From: Kofleriaceae bacterium
GTDB taxonomy: Bacteria; Myxococcota_A; Polyangia; Haliangiales; Haliangiaceae
Assembly (NCBI GenBank): GCA_965215005.1
Contig: CBDCCZ010000004.1
Coordinates: 288,001-352,000, forward strand
Reading direction: 5' to 3'
Length of the DNA: 64,000 bases
How positions within the stretch are numbered: position 1 is the first letter of the stretch; each line of letters opens with the position of its first letter. This document shows, piece after piece, positions 61,057 to 64,000 of the stretch. A program made the translations under genes and the position numbers. The notes under the pieces were generated by a model. That model was not told the DNA's origin. It did no database searches and saw only the letters and a list, made by a program, of their open reading frames with translations.

Positions 61057-62757
61057 ATGCGTTGGTTTACGGTCGTGGTGTTGATCTGCGCTGGGCGTAC
61101 GGCGCTAGCGCAGACGGCCTCCGCCACTCCCCCCGCGGCCAATGAAACGCTGACTCCGGCGGTCGTCGAGCGCGGCGCGGCGCGGCGCTCGGCAGGGCGT
61201 CTGGCGGCCGAGCCCGCCATCACGGCTGACGATGCGAGCTCAGCGCCAGACGAGGGCGGCGATAGCTTCACGATGAGCGCGGGCCTTGACGATGTCGGGC
61301 CGCAGCTGGAGCTCGACTCGGCGCCGATCGTGACTCTTGATGAGCCGGCGGTTGAGAAAAATCCGGGAATCGAGATGTCCGCGCTGCTTTACGCTCGCGC
61401 GGGCACCGACCTCGTTCATCAGCCCGGCGCCGCCAGTGGTTCCACCTCGGTTCCCATCGGCGAGGACGTGCTGTCGTTTCGCGGTCACGCTCGCGCCGAG
61501 GCCACGAGCCGATACCAGCGAATGCTCAAGCTCAAGTTGTCGGGCCGGCTAGACGCCGAGTGGGGCATGGACGCCGACTCGCGTTTGGACGTCGAGCGCT
61601 ACGAAGCACGTCTGGGTGAGACCTATGTCGACTATTTTGGCTCGGGCCTCAGCGCCCGTGCAGGCAATCAAGTCATCGTTTGGGGCACCGCAGAGCTCAT
61701 TACTCCCAACGATGTCGTCAATCCGCGCGACCTGCGGCGAGGCTTTCTCGAGCGCGCTGACGAGCTGCGCCAGCCTGTCGTCGCTCTCGAGGTGAGCGGC
61801 TTTCACGGTCCCGCGTATCTCACTGGAGTGTGGGTTCCGGTTCCCGCCAGTCATCGAATGGAGCTTCTAAACAGTGATTTCGCGTTGCTTGGACCCAGCG
61901 CCCCGAGGCTCGAGCGGTCAATAGGTACGGCGCTCCAGCGGCTGAAGGCCGATCCGGAGCTCGGGCCCGCGCTGGCTCCAATGCTCGAGCTCGATGGCAG
62001 CTCCTCGTTTGGCATTCAAGATAGTGAATTGGGTGCTAGTGCCGGCTTTCATTTTCGTCATCTAGATCTACTTTCGTACTTCTTTTGGGGGCATGAACGG
62101 AGCCCGCGCATCGTGATCGCCGAGGAGCTCGCGACGATGCTCGCTACAGCGCCCGCGGAAGCCCTCACGCCAGAGCAACTGGCCGATGCGGTTGGAGCGC
62201 TCGCGAGGCAAGGTGTGGTGGCGGTCGCGAGCGATTATCCGCGGCGCGTCCACACGGGAGGTGCCTTGGCGACTCGCCTCGAGCCAATTGGCATCAAGCT
62301 CGATGTTGGCTACACGTTTGGTGCGACGGCGCCGCTGACTCGCGAAGGCGGCGGTTTGCTGGCGGCCGAGTCGCGCCAGCTCGACCGAGCGAGCGGCACG
62401 GTGTCGCTCGACTATCAGCGCGGCGCATTCATGGTGGTGGCGGAAGGAAACGTCACGCGAGTGCTCGGCGTTCCGGCCGGCGCGGACGTGTATCAGATGC
62501 ACGGCGCAAGCGCGTATCTCGCCGCCGCGCGAATCGACTGGCGGCCAGCGGCGAGCGCTATCTCGATGAGCCTGCTTTCGTTCGTTGATGTCGCGACCAC
62601 GCCATCGTACGCGGTGCGACCGGCGATTCGCTTCTCCGGTCACGACCACATCTCGCTAGAGGCGGCCGCCATTCTCTATGAAGGCCCTCCAGACACGCTG
62701 GCAGGCGCCGCCGACCGCAATGACGAAGTGGTCTTGACGGTGGAGCTCGGCCTCTAA
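61057..62757 (+). CDS. Putative outer-membrane beta-barrel protein (DUF1302-like)
   Basis: Signal peptide; RLGETYVD...RAGNQVIVWG...DVVNPRDL; alternating strand pattern; coupled to the LolA-like gene. Confidence 0.7.
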   Translation: MRWFTVVVLICAGRTALAQTASATPPAANETLTPAVVERGAARRSAGRLAAEPAITADDASSAPDEGGDSFTMSAGLDDVGPQLELDSAPIVTLDEPAVEKNPGIEMSALLYARAGTDLVHQPGAASGSTSVPIGEDVLSFRGHARAEATSRYQRMLKLKLSGRLDAEWGMDADSRLDVERYEARLGETYVDYFGSGLSARAGNQVIVWGTAELITPNDVVNPRDLRRGFLERADELRQPVVALEVSGFHGPAYLTGVWVPVPASHRMELLNSDFALLGPSAPRLERSIGTALQRLKADPELGPALAPMLELDGSSSFGIQDSELGASAGFHFRHLDLLSYFFWGHERSPRIVIAEELATMLATAPAEALTPEQLADAVGALARQGVVAVASDYPRRVHTGGALATRLEPIGIKLDVGYTFGATAPLTREGGGLLAAESRQLDRASGTVSLDYQRGAFMVVAEGNVTRVLGVPAGADVYQMHGASAYLAAARIDWRPAASAISMSLLSFVDVATTPSYAVRPAIRFSGHDHISLEAAAILYEGPPDTLAGAADRNDEVVLTVELGL

Positions 62758-62781
62758 AGCACGAGCTCCACTGGCGTCGCG

Positions 62782-63750
62782 CTAGAGCCCGAGATTCAAA
62801 GTCAGGCCGCGGTCGATGATATAGGCGACCGGAACCGCGAACGAAATCGCCATCGTGATGAGCTCGCTCACGGGGCGCAGCTCGGCACGAGCCGGCGTTG
62901 GTGCCGCCAGAAACTGGGCGGCGCGGCCAATCGCGAGGCAGCCGACGACGATGGTGATTCCGGCGCCAAGCCAGCCAAACCCGGCGCGCATCAGCGTCCA
63001 TGCGACACAACCCGTGGCCACAGTCCAGAACAGGATGACCATGGCGGTCGCAACTCGCCATCCAACGATCTTCGAGTACGTCGTGTAGTCGGTCTCCTGC
63101 TCCGGCAAGCGAATCTTCCGCGACCACTCCCATGCTGCTAACGGCATCCAAAGGCCGATGAGGAGCACGAGAATATCCACTACGGCCGCATCGCGGGTGA
63201 AGTCGGCTTGGAACAGAACCAACGCGTATACGAGCATGACCGCAACGAGCGGATTATGCGTGATGAACGCTAACAGCAAGTTGCGCTGCATCGGTGGATA
63301 GAAGAACCAGCGAAATGATGCGTAGGTAAGACCAAAGCAGACCAGAAACGCCACGAAGGCGCTGCTCGGGAAGAGCGGTAGGTTGATCGCGAAGAGCAGC
63401 GCAGTCGTTAGCCATCGCAGCCAAACGATATCCTCGACACGGACCTCTCCGGTCACGATCGGTCTGTCCGCGTAGCGCGGGTCTCCGGCACGTCCAAGCC
63501 GCAGGTCTGTCTCGACGTCTTTGAGCTCGTCATAGACGCGCAGCAGTAGCGAGAGCAGGACGAACGTGACTGCACCGATAACCGAGCGGGTGGTGAGCGA
63601 AATCGGCGCGTATCCAGCGAGCGCTTGTAGCGACCCGTAGAAGGCGGCGAAGTACATCAGGAACGCAGGCACCATTAGCACCGGCGGGAACATGTACTGG
63701 AGGTATCGGGCTATACGAATGAATCGTGATCGACTGGCTGGTTTGTTCAT
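62782..63750 (-). CDS. UbiA-superfamily prenyltransferase-like membrane protein
   Basis: LRVYDELKDVETD...RPIVTGEV Asp-rich motif, EWSRKIR...E...TYS; multiple TM helices. Confidence 0.78.
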   Translation of the reverse strand: MNKPASRSRFIRIARYLQYMFPPVLMVPAFLMYFAAFYGSLQALAGYAPISLTTRSVIGAVTFVLLSLLLRVYDELKDVETDLRLGRAGDPRYADRPIVTGEVRVEDIVWLRWLTTALLFAINLPLFPSSAFVAFLVCFGLTYASFRWFFYPPMQRNLLLAFITHNPLVAVMLVYALVLFQADFTRDAAVVDILVLLIGLWMPLAAWEWSRKIRLPEQETDYTTYSKIVGWRVATAMVILFWTVATGCVAWTLMRAGFGWLGAGITIVVGCLAIGRAAQFLAAPTPARAELRPVSELITMAISFAVPVAYIIDRGLTLNLGL

Positions 63751-64000
63751 TGGGGGCTCCGTTCGTTTGGTCCCCTTTATGCAAACCCGCTGCCTGTTCG
63801 ATGCGAGCGAAATTTCCTAAAACGGCGCAAAAACGGGCTTGCTGGGCGATCTGCGTGGCTTCTTTAGTTGCCAGCAAAGCGGCTAACGCTGCCGCCGGAG
63901 GAAACGCTGGACCCTGTCCGCCGGTGCACCGCGCCCAGGCGGCTTTCGCGTTCAACCTCGACCCCAACGAGCTTGCAGGCTCTGCGAGCGCAGGAAGTGG

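Overview
GC-rich bacterial window whose gene content (PilZ, FAAL, H1-like protein, BREX-2 style genes) suggests a Myxococcota-like organism; that assignment is inference. There are three blocks. (1) 1-14.7 kb is mostly housekeeping: kelch lipoprotein, metallophosphoesterase, PilZ, an Mpl-GNAT fusion, SuhB, M24 peptidase, MobA, DusB followed by a catalytically degenerate AAA+/Fis regulator and a histone-H1-like/acidic/DUF1801 protein, a mini-CheA and a PssA-like gene. (2) About 15-47.5 kb is a defence island that starts at a truncated Uma2 gene. An outer type-2 BREX/Pgl locus (truncated pglW ... pglZ, brxD, brxHI) has lost its pglX-pglY core. In its place sits an inner cassette brxE-brxA-brxB-brxC-pglX-fic-pglZ-brxL-sir2-herA, a hybrid of type-6 (brxE) and type-1 (brxL) BREX tightly coupled to Sir2-HerA. 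The inner pglZ is interrupted by an intact IS66 (24-bp IRs, 8-bp TSD CAACGGGC). (3) 49.7-63.8 kb is a lipid-type biosynthetic cluster: Psd, a PPDK/RPH/PigC-like PEP-utilising enzyme, FAAL, a TamH-like aminotransferase/acyl-ACP-reductase fusion, ACP, a CDP-archaeol-synthase-like protein, an amidohydrolase, a LolA-like/outer-membrane pair and a UbiA-like prenyltransferase. Several single-base frameshifts in unrelated genes suggest sequencing indels. No rRNA, tRNA or CRISPR array was seen.
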